DNA of 64,000 bases. It comes from Gammaproteobacteria bacterium (lineage in GTDB: Bacteria > Pseudomonadota > Gammaproteobacteria > Steroidobacterales > Foliamicaceae). The notes beneath the pieces were generated by a model. The model worked only from the letters and a program-made list of their open reading frames with translations, did no database searches and was not told the DNA's origin. Every line of letters starts with the position of its first letter. The stretch's first letter is position 1. The stretch spans positions 6,758 to 70,757 of the forward strand of contig JAPOWV010000016.1 of the NCBI GenBank assembly GCA_026707445.1, read 5' to 3'. Made by a program: the position numbers and the translations under genes. This document shows positions 1-9,620 of the stretch, in pieces.

Positions 1-2390
1 TGTCCTTCGGTTTGGACGAACTGCGCTACGAGTACCCCGAAGAGCAGGTCCCCGATGGCCATTCGCGCCAGGAATGGCTGGAGCGCCTGACCTGGGAGTC
101 GGCGGCCGAGCGCTACCCGGAAGGAGTTCCGCAACGGGTACGGGAGATGGTTTCTCGCGAACTGAAGCTGATCGCCGAGCTGGAATACGCTCCGTATTTC
201 CTGACCATTTACGACCTGGTCCGGCATGCCCGAAGTGAGGGCATCCTCTGCCAGGGAAGGGGCAGCGCGGCCAATTCCGCCGTGTGCTTCTGCCTGGGCA
301 TCACCGCGGTGGACCCCGAGAAGGTCGACCTTCTGTTCGAGCGTTTTATTTCCAGCGACCGCGGCGAGCCGCCGGACATCGACGTGGACTTCGAGCACGA
401 GCGGCGCGAGGAGGTCATTCAATACGTGTACCGGCGCTACGGCCGCGAGCGTGCGGGAATGACGGCCACGGTCATCCACTATCGGCCGCGGAGTGCGCTG
501 CGCGAGACCGGCAAGGCGCTGGGATTGCCGCATTCGACGCTGGACGCGCTGGCCGGACGGATCTGGGGCGCGGGCGGCTGGCCGGACGAGGCGCGCTTGA
601 GGGCCCTGGGCCTGGACCCGGAACACCCGCGGCTGAAGGCGTCCCTGGCCCTGGCCGCGGAGCTGGTCGGGTTTCCGCGGCATCTGTCGCAGCACCCCGG
701 CGGAATGATCATGACCAGCGGGCGGCTGGACGAGGCAGTGCCCATAGCCAACGCCGCGATGGCCGATCGAACCATGATCGAGTGGGACAAGAACGATCTC
801 GATGACCTGGGAATGCTCAAGGTGGACGTACTGGCCCTGGGCATGCTCACCTGTCTGAGGAAGTGCCTGGACCTGCTCGCGCGGCATCATGGCCGGCCGT
901 TGACGCTGGCGTCCATACCGGCGGAAGATCCCGAGGTGTACGATATGCTCTGCCGGGCCGACGCCGTGGGCGTGTTTCAGGTCGAGAGCCGGGCGCAGAT
1001 GAACTTCCTTCCCCGCATGCGGCCGCGATGCTTCTACGACCTGGTGATCGAGGTGGCCATCGTTCGCCCCGGCCCGATACAGGGCGACATGGTGCACCCG
1101 TATCTGCGCCGCAGGCATGGCAAGGAGCCGGTGGACTACCCGTTGGAGGAACTGCGCAAGGTCCTGGCCAACACGCTGGGCGTGCCGCTGTTCCAGGAAC
1201 AGGCGATGCGGATCGCGGTGGTCGCGGCCGGTTTCAGCCCGGCACAGGCGGACGCGCTGCGCCGCTCCATGGCCACGTTCCGGAATACCGGAACCGTAAA
1301 GGCGTTTCGCGAACGATTCGTTGCCGGCATGACCGGTCGCGGCTACTCGCTGGATTTTGCCGAACGCTGCTTCAGCCAGATCGAGGGCTTTGGAGAATAC
1401 GGGTTCCCGGAAAGCCACGCGGCCTCGTTCGCGATCCTCGTGTACGCCTCGGCGTGGTTCAAGCGCCACTACCCGGAGGTGTTCGCCTGCGCCCTGCTCA
1501 ACAGCCAGCCGATGGGCTTTTACGCGCCCGCCCAGATCGTGCGCGACGCGCGCGAACACGGCGTGAACGTGCTCTCGGTGGACGTCAACTCAAGCGATGT
1601 GGACTGCACGCTGACCCCGGATGATGGCGGCCGGCCCGCGCTGCGGCTGGGCCTGCGGCAGGTGCGGGGCCTGGGCGCAGCCGCGGCCGGGCGCCTGGTA
1701 GCGGAGAGGGCAAGCGGCTATGAGGATATTTCTTCACTGAGGCGGAGGGCGGCCCTGGACAAGCGCGCGCTGCGCTGCCTGGCGCGCGCCGATGCCTTCT
1801 CTTCCATGGAATTGACCGGACGGCGCGCCTTGTGGGAGGTGGAACGGCTGCCGGTCGGCAGGCCCTTGCCCCTGTTCTCCGCCGCCGGCCTGGACGAGTT
1901 GCCGGACGAACCGTCCGCGCAACTTCCGGTCGAGCCGCCCGGCGAGCGGGTGCTGCGCGACTACGGTGCGCTGGGCCTGAGTCTCAAGGGCCACCCGCTG
2001 GCCTTTGTCCGATCGCAGCTGGGAGAACTCGGCTATGGGACCGCGGCGATGGTGGCCGAAGCTTCGCAGGGGGATCCGTGCGCCGCCGCCGGCCTGGTGC
2101 TGGTCCGGCAGGCGCCGCAAAGCGCCGAAGGCGTCGTGTTTCTCACGCTGGAAGACGAGACCGGCGTCGTGAACGTGGTGGTCTGGCGCGATGTTTTCGA
2201 GCGCAATCGCGACACGCTGATGTCGTCCATCCTGCTGGGCGTGCGCGGCGAAGTGCAGCGGGAAAACGATGTCGTCCACCTGGTATCCAGACGTATGGAG
2301 GACCTTTCCGACCTGCTTGGCGCCCTGGCTTCCTCGCAGGTCGCAGCGCCGCATACGGCCCGCCTCAGCCCACGCCTGGGCCGTGCCTGA
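1..2390 (+). CDS. dnaE2: Error-prone DNA polymerase DnaE2 (Pol III alpha family), 5'-truncated by the window edge
   Basis: The frame is open to nt 1 with no upstream stop. The translation has Pol III-alpha/DnaE2 blocks: [69 protein letters not shown], and an OB-fold-like C-terminus. About 790 aa are present from a family of more than 1000 aa. Confidence 0.85.
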   Translation, partial: SFGLDELRYEYPEEQVPDGHSRQEWLERLTWESAAERYPEGVPQRVREMVSRELKLIAELEYAPYFLTIYDLVRHARSEGILCQGRGSAANSAVCFCLGITAVDPEKVDLLFERFISSDRGEPPDIDVDFEHERREEVIQYVYRRYGRERAGMTATVIHYRPRSALRETGKALGLPHSTLDALAGRIWGAGGWPDEARLRALGLDPEHPRLKASLALAAELVGFPRHLSQHPGGMIMTSGRLDEAVPIANAAMADRTMIEWDKNDLDDLGMLKVDVLALGMLTCLRKCLDLLARHHGRPLTLASIPAEDPEVYDMLCRADAVGVFQVESRAQMNFLPRMRPRCFYDLVIEVAIVRPGPIQGDMVHPYLRRRHGKEPVDYPLEELRKVLANTLGVPLFQEQAMRIAVVAAGFSPAQADALRRSMATFRNTGTVKAFRERFVAGMTGRGYSLDFAERCFSQIEGFGEYGFPESHAASFAILVYASAWFKRHYPEVFACALLNSQPMGFYAPAQIVRDAREHGVNVLSVDVNSSDVDCTLTPDDGGRPALRLGLRQVRGLGAAAAGRLVAERASGYEDISSLRRRAALDKRALRCLARADAFSSMELTGRRALWEVERLPVGRPLPLFSAAGLDELPDEPSAQLPVEPPGERVLRDYGALGLSLKGHPLAFVRSQLGELGYGTAAMVAEASQGDPCAAAGLVLVRQAPQSAEGVVFLTLEDETGVVNVVVWRDVFERNRDTLMSSILLGVRGEVQRENDVVHLVSRRMEDLSDLLGALASSQVAAPHTARLSPRLGRA

Positions 2391-2463
2391 CGTGGCGGTT
2401 GCGCCGCCATCTTTGGTACAATTCGCGGGTTTGGCGAGCGGCGCGGCCGCGGGATCACTTTCA

Positions 2464-3171
2464 ATGGTAGGCATCAGGCTATCCCGGCATGGGGCCAAGA
2501 AGCGGCCCTTCTATCACATTGTCGTTACCGACCGGCGCAACAAGCGCAACGGCCGGTTCATCGAGCGGCTGGGTTTCTACAACCCCATAGCGACCGGCGG
2601 CGAGCAGCCCCTGAAGCTGGCCCTGGATCGCGTCGATTACTGGCTGGGACAGGGCGCACAGCCTTCCGAACGGGTGCGGCAACTGATTCGCCGGCGCCGC
2701 ATGGAAGGCGACCTGGCCGCGAAGGCGGCGGCGGAAGCTGCCGCTGCCGAAGAAGCCGCGGCCGAAGAGGTTACGGTGGACGCTGCGGAGGAAGAAGCTG
2801 CGGCCGAAGAGGTTGCAGCGGAGACGGCCCCGACTGAAGAAGCCGAGGCCGACGAAGCGCCCGCGGAAGAGGCTGTAGCCGAAGAGGCCGCCGTGGAAGA
2901 GACGGCCCAGGCGGCCGACGAACCTGCGGAAGAGCCCGGCGAAGCCGAAGAGACTGCTGCCCAGGCGGAAGCGGCGAGCGAAGAAGCCGCCGAAGAGTCC
3001 GCTGCGCCTGAAGAAGCTGAAGAAACTGCCGCGGACGAGGCGGAAGGCGAGGACGAACCCGAGCAGGCCGCAGCGGAAGACGGGGCGGAAACCGACGAGG
3101 AAGCGCCGGAAGACGAAGGCGCCGAGGAAGATGGCGAAGACGCCGCCGCGACCGAAAAGGACTCCGGCTGA
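2464..3171 (+). CDS. rpsP: 30S ribosomal protein S16 with a long acidic Ala/Glu-rich C-terminal extension
   Basis: ATG at 2464 gives [41 protein letters not shown], a canonical S16 core of about 85 aa. The same frame continues for about 150 aa of A/E-rich low-complexity sequence. The conserved order rpsP-rimM-trmD-rplS follows. Confidence 0.9.
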   Translation: MVGIRLSRHGAKKRPFYHIVVTDRRNKRNGRFIERLGFYNPIATGGEQPLKLALDRVDYWLGQGAQPSERVRQLIRRRRMEGDLAAKAAAEAAAAEEAAAEEVTVDAAEEEAAAEEVAAETAPTEEAEADEAPAEEAVAEEAAVEETAQAADEPAEEPGEAEETAAQAEAASEEAAEESAAPEEAEETAADEAEGEDEPEQAAAEDGAETDEEAPEDEGAEEDGEDAAATEKDSG

Positions 3172-3700
3172 GCCGGAACCGCCGGAGAACCGATCGCCGG
3201 AAGCGAAACTGATTCCCATGGGCCGGCTGGGCGCCGCCCTGGGACTGAAGGGCTGGCTCAGGGTGAAGTCCTTTGCCGACCCGCCGGAACAACTTCAGAA
3301 CTACCGTATCTGGAATCTGCTCGTGAACGGACAGTGCAGGGAAATAACGTTGCGGCGCTTGCGGAGCACCCCCCGGGGTTTGGAGTGCCTCCTGGACGGG
3401 ATAGAAACGCGCGATGCGGCGGAAGCGCTGCGCGGCGCTGAAATCCGCGTGAATCGCTCGGACCTGCCGCCGGCAGGCGAGGATGAGTGGTACTGGGCCG
3501 ACCTGGAAGGCCTGGAAGTGCGGAACCTCGATGGCCAGTCCCTGGGCCGGGTTCGCGGCCTGATGGCCACAGGCGCCAATGATGTGCTGATCGTGCAGGG
3601 CGAACGCAGGCGGCTGATCCCCTTCGTTCGCGGCAGCCGGGTGCGCGAGGTCGATCTTCAGGAGCGCCGGCTGATCGTGGACTGGGACCCCGCGGACTGA
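3131..3700 (+). CDS. rimM: Ribosome maturation factor RimM
   Basis: Contains [19 protein letters not shown] and a PRC-barrel-like C-terminus ([17 protein letters not shown]), in the position after rpsP. The start is ambiguous: ATG 3131 overlaps the rpsP tail by 41 nt, and ATG 3218 is the alternative. Confidence 0.85.
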   Translation: MAKTPPRPKRTPAEPEPPENRSPEAKLIPMGRLGAALGLKGWLRVKSFADPPEQLQNYRIWNLLVNGQCREITLRRLRSTPRGLECLLDGIETRDAAEALRGAEIRVNRSDLPPAGEDEWYWADLEGLEVRNLDGQSLGRVRGLMATGANDVLIVQGERRRLIPFVRGSRVREVDLQERRLIVDWDPAD

Positions 3701-3708
3701 GGTCCCCG

Positions 3709-4482
3709 ATGCATATCACTACCGTATGCCTGCATCCGGAGATGGTGCTGGACGCTTTCAAGGGCGGCGTTTGCGGCCGCGCGCTTGAAGCCGGCGTGGC
3801 CAGTCTGCGGTGCGTGAACCCAAGGGACTTCGCCGCCGGGCCTCACCGCAGCGTGGACGATCGTCCCTATGGCGGAGGTCCCGGCATGGTCCTGAGCGCC
3901 GAGCCCCTGCTGGCGGCGGTAAGGGCCGCCCGCGCCGGGGCGCCCGGCGGGGCGCCGGTCATCTTTCTCACTCCGCAGGGCCGGCGCTTTACCCAGCGGC
4001 GCGCAAGGGAACTGGCGGCCGGGTCCGGCATGGTGCTGGTCGCCGGGCGCTACGAGGGGATCGACGAACGCGTGGTGGAACTGGAAGCCGACGAGGAGTT
4101 GTCGCTGGGCGATTTCGTCCTGAGCGGCGGCGAACTGGCCGCCTGCGCGGTCATCGACGCGGTGGTGCGGCTGTTGCCCGGGGCGCTGGGGGACGATCGC
4201 TCGGCCGGGGAAGACTCGTTTTCCGTTGGCCTTCTGGATTTTCCGCAGTACACTCGTCCCGCCTTGGTGGAAGGCCGGGCGGCGCCGGAAGTGCTGCTGA
4301 GCGGCGATCATGAGCAGGTGAGGACCTGGCGCCTGAAACAGTCGCTGGGCCGCACCTGGGTTCGGCGGCCGGAATTGCTCACCGGGCGGGACCTGAGTGA
4401 GCAGGAAAGCCGGCTGCTGGCGGAGTTCCAGGCGGAATACGACATTAAAATACGAGACGCGAAAGATGACCAACCTGATTGA
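3709..4482 (+). CDS. trmD: tRNA (guanine37-N1)-methyltransferase
   Basis: Contains [26 protein letters not shown] and [15 protein letters not shown], which are typical TrmD blocks. Operon position fits. Confidence 0.93.
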   Translation: MHITTVCLHPEMVLDAFKGGVCGRALEAGVASLRCVNPRDFAAGPHRSVDDRPYGGGPGMVLSAEPLLAAVRAARAGAPGGAPVIFLTPQGRRFTQRRARELAAGSGMVLVAGRYEGIDERVVELEADEELSLGDFVLSGGELAACAVIDAVVRLLPGALGDDRSAGEDSFSVGLLDFPQYTRPALVEGRAAPEVLLSGDHEQVRTWRLKQSLGRTWVRRPELLTGRDLSEQESRLLAEFQAEYDIKIRDAKDDQPD

Positions 4483-4810
4483 ACAACTTGAAGCGGAACA
4501 AATCCGCACCGATCTGCCCGATTTTTCTCCGGGCGACACGGTAGTGGTGCAGGTGCGCGTGCGCGAGGGGCAGCGACAGCGTTTGCAGGCCTTCGAAGGC
4601 GTCGTGATCGCCAAGCGCAACCGTGGCCTCAACTCCTCCTTTACCGTGCGCAAGATATCCCACGGCGAAGGGGTCGAGCGGGTGTTTCAGACCCACAGCC
4701 CGATGATCGCCGGGGTCAAGGTCAAACGCCGCGGCGACGTGCGGCGCGCAAAACTCTATTACCTTCGGCAGCGGCGCGGGCGGAGCGCGAGAATTCGCGA
4801 GAAGCTATGA
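4466..4810 (+). CDS. rplS: 50S ribosomal protein L19
   Basis: ATG at 4466 gives [35 protein letters not shown]...[27 protein letters not shown]. It overlaps the trmD end by 17 nt. Confidence 0.93.
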   Translation: MTNLIEQLEAEQIRTDLPDFSPGDTVVVQVRVREGQRQRLQAFEGVVIAKRNRGLNSSFTVRKISHGEGVERVFQTHSPMIAGVKVKRRGDVRRAKLYYLRQRRGRSARIREKL

Positions 4811-5652
4811 GGCTGAAGGGCCTGGCCCTTGCTGTTTTTGCGATAGGCCTTTCCGGCTGCGGTTCGCTGATTCAATCCGCCACCAGTGGCCTGACCGAAC
4901 AACTCGGCGACGCCGTTCTGGGCCACGACGACCCCGAACTCGTTCGCGATGCCACGCCCACGCTGCTCATCCTGATCGACAGCCTGGCCGGCGAGGAGGC
5001 CGACCCCGCGGTCCTGGGGTCCGCCGCGCAGTTGTACGCCGCCTATGGCGTGGTTTTCGTCAACGATTCCGAACGCGCGCACAAGCTGACCGAGCGTGCC
5101 TACGGCTACGGCCGCCGGGCACTGTGCGCCGCCGACCGGACGGGATGCGGCGTGCAGCAACTGGGTTTCGAGGAATACGAGGCCCGGATCGGCGCGTATC
5201 CGGCCGCGCAGGCACAGGCCCTTTATGACTACCTGATCGGCTACCTCTCCTGGGTCCAGGCCCGCGGCGATTATGAGGCGCTGGCCCGGCTTCCGCGGCT
5301 GCAGGTGGCGCTTGACCGGCTGCTGGACGTTGCGCCGGCCGACATTCGCGGGCGCGCACATATGTACATGGGCACCCTGCAATGCCTGCGGCCGGCTTCG
5401 CTGGGCGGCGAACCGGAAGCGGGCATGCGGAATTTCGATGAGGCGCTGCGCCTGACCGAGCGCAAGGACCTGAGCGTTCTGGTGGAATATGCGAGAAACT
5501 GCGCCCGGTTGCTCTATGATCGCGAACTGCATGACAGGCTGCTTGAGGAGGTGCTCGACGCCCCCGCCGATCAGCCGGGTCTTACGCTTTTCAACAATCT
5601 CGCCAAGGCCGACGCCCGGGAATTGCTGAGTACTGCCGATGAATACTTCTGA
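4807..5652 (+). CDS. TatT-like TPR lipoprotein associated with a TRAP transporter
   Basis: Lipobox LSGC after a signal peptide, with helical-repeat content. It sits directly upstream of, and overlaps, the dctP/Q/M-type genes (ATGA overlap with rplS, 14-nt overlap with the binding-protein gene). It resembles the TRAP TatT component family. Confidence 0.65.
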   Translation: MRLKGLALAVFAIGLSGCGSLIQSATSGLTEQLGDAVLGHDDPELVRDATPTLLILIDSLAGEEADPAVLGSAAQLYAAYGVVFVNDSERAHKLTERAYGYGRRALCAADRTGCGVQQLGFEEYEARIGAYPAAQAQALYDYLIGYLSWVQARGDYEALARLPRLQVALDRLLDVAPADIRGRAHMYMGTLQCLRPASLGGEPEAGMRNFDEALRLTERKDLSVLVEYARNCARLLYDRELHDRLLEEVLDAPADQPGLTLFNNLAKADARELLSTADEYF

Positions 5653-6664
5653 GTCCGGCTCGCTGCGGTCCGCCGCGCTGATCGTGGCTGCTCTGCTGGC
5701 GGCCGGTCCGCTCACGGCGCAGACGCTTAAGATCGCGACCGTAACGCCCGAGGGCTCGGCCTGGATGCGCGACATGCGCGCCGCGGCCGCGGAAATCCGC
5801 GAGCGCACCGACGGGCAGGTGCAGGTGAAGTTCTACGGCGGCGGCGTGATGGGCGATGACTTGAGGGTGCTGCGCAAGATTCGCGTCGGCCAGTTGCAGG
5901 GAGCGGTGCTGACTTCCAGCGCGCTGGCCGGCCGGTATCCGGACGTGCTGCAGTACGGGCTTCCGCTGTTGTTCCGTTCGCGCGACGAGATGCTGTTCGT
6001 GCGCCAGCGATTTGACTCCGTGCTGGCGGAAGGCCTGCTGGACAGCGGATACGAGACTTTCGGCTTCGGCAGCCTGGGCTTTGCCCGCATCATGTCGGGC
6101 AGGAAGCCGGTGGTCAGTCTGGAGGATGCGCGCGGGCTGAAGATCTGGGTGCCCGAAGGCGACGATATCGGCTTGAGCTCGATGCGTTCGGTGGGTCTGG
6201 CCCCCGTCCAGCTTCCGATCTCCGACGTGCTGGTCGGGCTGCAGACGGGGCTGGTGGAGGTGATCGTGACGCCGCCTTCGGGCGCCATCCTGCTGCAATG
6301 GCACACTCGCCTGCGCTATGTCACGGACTTTCCCGTGGTGTTCGCCTTCGGCCTGCTGGCGATGGACAGGAGGGCTTTCGGCAGGTTGGCCGAGCCCGAC
6401 CAGGCGGTGGTCCGCGACGTGTTCGGCGCACTGGCCTCCCAGCTTGACCGCCGGGACGCCCAGGAAAACCTCGAAGCGGGACAGGCGCTGAAGAACTCCG
6501 GTCTCGAATACCTGGCACCGACGTCCGACGAGGTTCTCCGCTGGCGCCGGGCTTTCACGCGGATCTACCCCGAACTGGTGCGCGAAGCCGGGATGTCGCG
6601 TGGCATGCACGAAGAAATCGTGCAGGCGCTTGACGATTTCCGCGGCGGATCGGGATCCGGCTGA
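5639..6664 (+). CDS. TRAP transporter substrate-binding protein (DctP family)
   Basis: Signal peptide followed by LKIATVTPEGSAWMRDM...VKFYGGGVMGDD...GQLQGAVLTS, the DctP-type periplasmic binding protein pattern. DctQ/DctM-type genes follow. Confidence 0.8.
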   Translation: MNTSESGSLRSAALIVAALLAAGPLTAQTLKIATVTPEGSAWMRDMRAAAAEIRERTDGQVQVKFYGGGVMGDDLRVLRKIRVGQLQGAVLTSSALAGRYPDVLQYGLPLLFRSRDEMLFVRQRFDSVLAEGLLDSGYETFGFGSLGFARIMSGRKPVVSLEDARGLKIWVPEGDDIGLSSMRSVGLAPVQLPISDVLVGLQTGLVEVIVTPPSGAILLQWHTRLRYVTDFPVVFAFGLLAMDRRAFGRLAEPDQAVVRDVFGALASQLDRRDAQENLEAGQALKNSGLEYLAPTSDEVLRWRRAFTRIYPELVREAGMSRGMHEEIVQALDDFRGGSGSG

Positions 6665-6720
6665 TCCACGGACCGCGCTGGCGCTGACGGGAGTTCGCGG
6701 TGCCGGGCAGGGCGGGAAAG

Positions 6721-7215
6721 ATGGCCGGTCGGCTGTTGACCGGTTTGCTGGCCACATTTCTGGGCGCCATGCTTGTTCTGGCGGCGGCGCAGATTCTCTG
6801 GCGCAACGTCTTTCGCATGTCGATTCCGCACAGCGAGCAGCTGCTGGAATGGCTGGTGCTGTGGATCGCGATGCTGGGCGCGATGGCAGCCAGTGTCGGC
6901 AGCCGCCACATCACGATAGACGCGCTTTCGCAGGTGCTTTCGGAGTCGGCCCGCAGGTGGGCCGGCGTTGCCGCTCAGTTCTTCGCGCTGGTTGCCTGCA
7001 TGGCGCTGTTCCTGATCTGCGGGTCCTACTGGCTGGACACGATGAGCTACGGCGAGACCACGCTGGGCGGGCTGCCGCGGTGGGCGTTCGAGGCCGTCCT
7101 GCCGGCCGCCTTCGCCGTGATGGCGGGCGCCCATCTGGTCCACATGGTCTCACTGCTGCGGCGTGGCCGCCTCGCCGGGGCCGCGGGGACGGCCGGTCCC
7201 TCCAAGGTGGGTTGA
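6721..7215 (+). CDS. TRAP transporter small permease (DctQ family)
   Basis: About 165 aa with four hydrophobic helices, lying between the DctP-like and DctM-like genes. The start is ATG 6721 or GTG 6700. Confidence 0.7.
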   Translation: MAGRLLTGLLATFLGAMLVLAAAQILWRNVFRMSIPHSEQLLEWLVLWIAMLGAMAASVGSRHITIDALSQVLSESARRWAGVAAQFFALVACMALFLICGSYWLDTMSYGETTLGGLPRWAFEAVLPAAFAVMAGAHLVHMVSLLRRGRLAGAAGTAGPSKVG

Positions 7216-7219
7216 GCCC

Positions 7220-8473
7220 GTGCACTGGATCGTTCTCGGGCTGCTGGCCGTCCTGGGCGTGCCGCTTTTCGCGGTCATCGCGGGCGGCGCGATGCTGGGC
7301 TACCTGGGCGCGGACATACCGCTTGCCTCCATAGCCGTCGAAATCCTCGGCGTTGCGACCCTGCCCGCACTGGTCGCCATTCCCCTTTTCTGCTTTGCCG
7401 GCTACGTGCTGGCGGAGAGCCCGGCGCCGAAGCTGCTGGTGCGCCTGAGCGAGGCCCTGGTGGGGTGGATGCCTGGGGGGCTGGCGGTCTTCGCACTGGC
7501 CATTTGCGCGCTGTTCACCGCCTTCACGGGCGCATCCGGCATCACGATCATCGCGATGGGCGCCTTGCTTTATCCGGCGCTGAAACAGGCGCGCTACCCG
7601 GAGGGTTTTTCCCTTGGGCTGGTCACGACCGGCGGCAGCCTGGGATTGCTGTTCGCGCCTTCTCTGCCGCTGATTCTCTACGGCGTCGTCTCCGAGACAC
7701 GAATCGACTCGCTGTTCAGGGCCGGCGTGCTGCCCGGCCTGGCCATGATCGTTCTCCTTGCGGCTTACTGCCTGTGGGTCAACCGCAGCGAACGCCGGCC
7801 GCTTTCCAGCTTCGATTTGCGCGAAGTCGCCGGCGCGCTCAGGGCCGCGGGCTGGGAGCTGCCGTTGCCGATCATCGTGCTGGGCGGCATCTATTCCGGC
7901 TACTTCGCGATTTCCGAGGCGGCGGCGGTCACGGCCCTCTACGTCGTGGTCGTCGAAGTGTTCATCCGCCGCGCCATCCCGCTTTCGCGCCTGCCTCTGA
8001 TCATGCGCGATTCGATGACGCTGGTGGGCGGGATACTGCTGATCCTGGCGGTATCGCTGGCGTCCACCAACCTGATGATCGACGCCGAGGTGCCCCAGCG
8101 GCTGCTGGCGGTGGTCGGCGAGGTCGTGAGCGGGCCTGTGACCTTCATGCTGGCCCTGCTGGTCTTCCTGCTGATCCTGGGCGCTTTCCTGGACATCTTC
8201 TCCGCCATCGTCCTGGTCGTGCCGCTGATCCTCCCGGTCGCCGCCCAATTCGGCGTGCACCCGGTCCATCTGGGCATCATTTTCCTGGCGACCATGCAGT
8301 TGGGTTACCTTACGCCTCCCGTGGGCCTCAACCTGTTCATTGCGAGCTATCGGTTCGAGCAGCCGATCGTTCGCGTTTACCTGGCAAGCCTGCCTTTCCT
8401 GCTGGTGCTGATGGCGGCGGTGCTGCTGATCGCATTCTGGCCCTCGCTTTCCCTTTGGATGATCGGAACATGA
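7220..8473 (+). CDS. TRAP transporter large permease (DctM family)
   Basis: GTG at 7220, 5 nt after the dctQ stop, gives VHWIVLGLLAVLGVPLFAVIAGG. Polytopic, about 417 aa, with DctM-like blocks (GASGITIIAMGALLYPAL, GTLGLLFAPSLPLILYG-like, QLGYLTPPVGLNLF). Confidence 0.85.
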   Translation: MHWIVLGLLAVLGVPLFAVIAGGAMLGYLGADIPLASIAVEILGVATLPALVAIPLFCFAGYVLAESPAPKLLVRLSEALVGWMPGGLAVFALAICALFTAFTGASGITIIAMGALLYPALKQARYPEGFSLGLVTTGGSLGLLFAPSLPLILYGVVSETRIDSLFRAGVLPGLAMIVLLAAYCLWVNRSERRPLSSFDLREVAGALRAAGWELPLPIIVLGGIYSGYFAISEAAAVTALYVVVVEVFIRRAIPLSRLPLIMRDSMTLVGGILLILAVSLASTNLMIDAEVPQRLLAVVGEVVSGPVTFMLALLVFLLILGAFLDIFSAIVLVVPLILPVAAQFGVHPVHLGIIFLATMQLGYLTPPVGLNLFIASYRFEQPIVRVYLASLPFLLVLMAAVLLIAFWPSLSLWMIGT

Positions 8474-9570
8474 TTCGGAAAACTACTCTTGCACTGTGCG
8501 CCCCTGCGGTGCTTGCATTCGCCGCCGGTGGGGCGCACGCGGACTTTGACATTGGCGAAATCCGCCTGCCGCCGGGCTTCGAGATCGAGGAGTACGTGAG
8601 CGGCCTGCGAAACGCCCGCGGGCTCGCGATCGGCGAGAACGGGACGCTGTTCGTCGGCACCCGAAACGTCGGCAAGGTATACGCGGTGCGCGATCCCGGC
8701 GGCCCCGGCCAGGAGGTGATCGAACTGGCTTCGCGCCTGATCCTGCCCAATGGCGTGACGGTGCGCGGTTCCTCGCTGTTCGTGGCGGAAGTTCACCGCA
8801 TTCTGGAATACGAGAACATCGAACAGCGGCTCGGGGAGGGCATCAGCCCCAGGGTGTTTCATGACGGACTTCCCACCGCCCGGCATCACGGCTGGCGAGC
8901 CATAGGCTTTGCGCCCGACGGCTGGTTGTACGTGGCGGTAGGCGCGCCCTGCAACGTTTGCGACAGCTACGCGACGATCGAGCGTATTCCGGCGCAGGGC
9001 GGCGAGCGCGAAGTCTATGCGCGGGGCGTGCGCAACAGCGTGGGCTTGGCCTGGCACCCGGAAACCGGCGAACTCTGGTTCACGGAAAACGGCCGGGACC
9101 TGATGGGCGACGACATTCCGCCGTGCGAGGTGAACCATGCTCCGCGGTCCGGCATGCACTTCGGATTCCCGTTCTGTCACGGCACGGACATCCCCGATCC
9201 GGACGCGAAATGGGCCGCGCTGGGCGATTGCGCCTCGGCCGTGCCGCCGGCGCAGGAACTGGGGCCCCACACCGCGCCGGTGGGCCTGACGTTCTATACG
9301 GGCGACGCATTTCCCGCCGAATACAAGGGACGGCTGTTCGTCGCCGAGCACGGCAGCTGGAACCGCAGCAGGAAAATCGGCTACCGGGTGATGATGCTCG
9401 AGCTCGAAGGCAATGAAGTCGTGAGCTACGAGCCTTTCGCGGAGGGCTGGCTGCGCGACGAGGAGACGCTTGGACGACCCGCTTACGTCATCGAGGATGG
9501 GGAGGGCAACCTGCTGATCAGCGACGACCACCGCGGCGTCGTATACCGCGTGCGCTACACGGGCGCCTGA
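8470..9570 (+). CDS. PQQ-dependent sugar dehydrogenase (sorbosone/soluble aldose dehydrogenase family), exported
   Basis: ATGA overlap with dctM. Signal peptide, then beta-propeller blocks: GLRNARGLAIGENGTLFV, HHGWRAIGFAPDGWLYVAVGAPCN, RGVRNSVGLAWHPETGELWFTENGRD, and FGFPFCHG. Confidence 0.8.
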   Translation: MIRKTTLALCAPAVLAFAAGGAHADFDIGEIRLPPGFEIEEYVSGLRNARGLAIGENGTLFVGTRNVGKVYAVRDPGGPGQEVIELASRLILPNGVTVRGSSLFVAEVHRILEYENIEQRLGEGISPRVFHDGLPTARHHGWRAIGFAPDGWLYVAVGAPCNVCDSYATIERIPAQGGEREVYARGVRNSVGLAWHPETGELWFTENGRDLMGDDIPPCEVNHAPRSGMHFGFPFCHGTDIPDPDAKWAALGDCASAVPPAQELGPHTAPVGLTFYTGDAFPAEYKGRLFVAEHGSWNRSRKIGYRVMMLELEGNEVVSYEPFAEGWLRDEETLGRPAYVIEDGEGNLLISDDHRGVVYRVRYTGA

Positions 9571-9620
9571 CGGGGCGTATCCGGTACACTAGGCGCAGCA
9601 AATATGAGGAGTAAAGGCTC

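Noticed and set aside
2479-3292. Long minus-strand ORFs (246 aa and 173 aa) opposite the rpsP tail
   Set aside because: These are antisense artefacts of the GC-rich, low-complexity Ala/Glu-coding repeat. They have no start context and lie entirely inside the rpsP-rimM operon.
7465-8469. The N-terminal half of the 701-aa ORF 7465-9570
   Set aside because: It is out of frame over dctM and Arg/Gly-rich. The real sugar dehydrogenase begins at ATG 8470 with a signal peptide.
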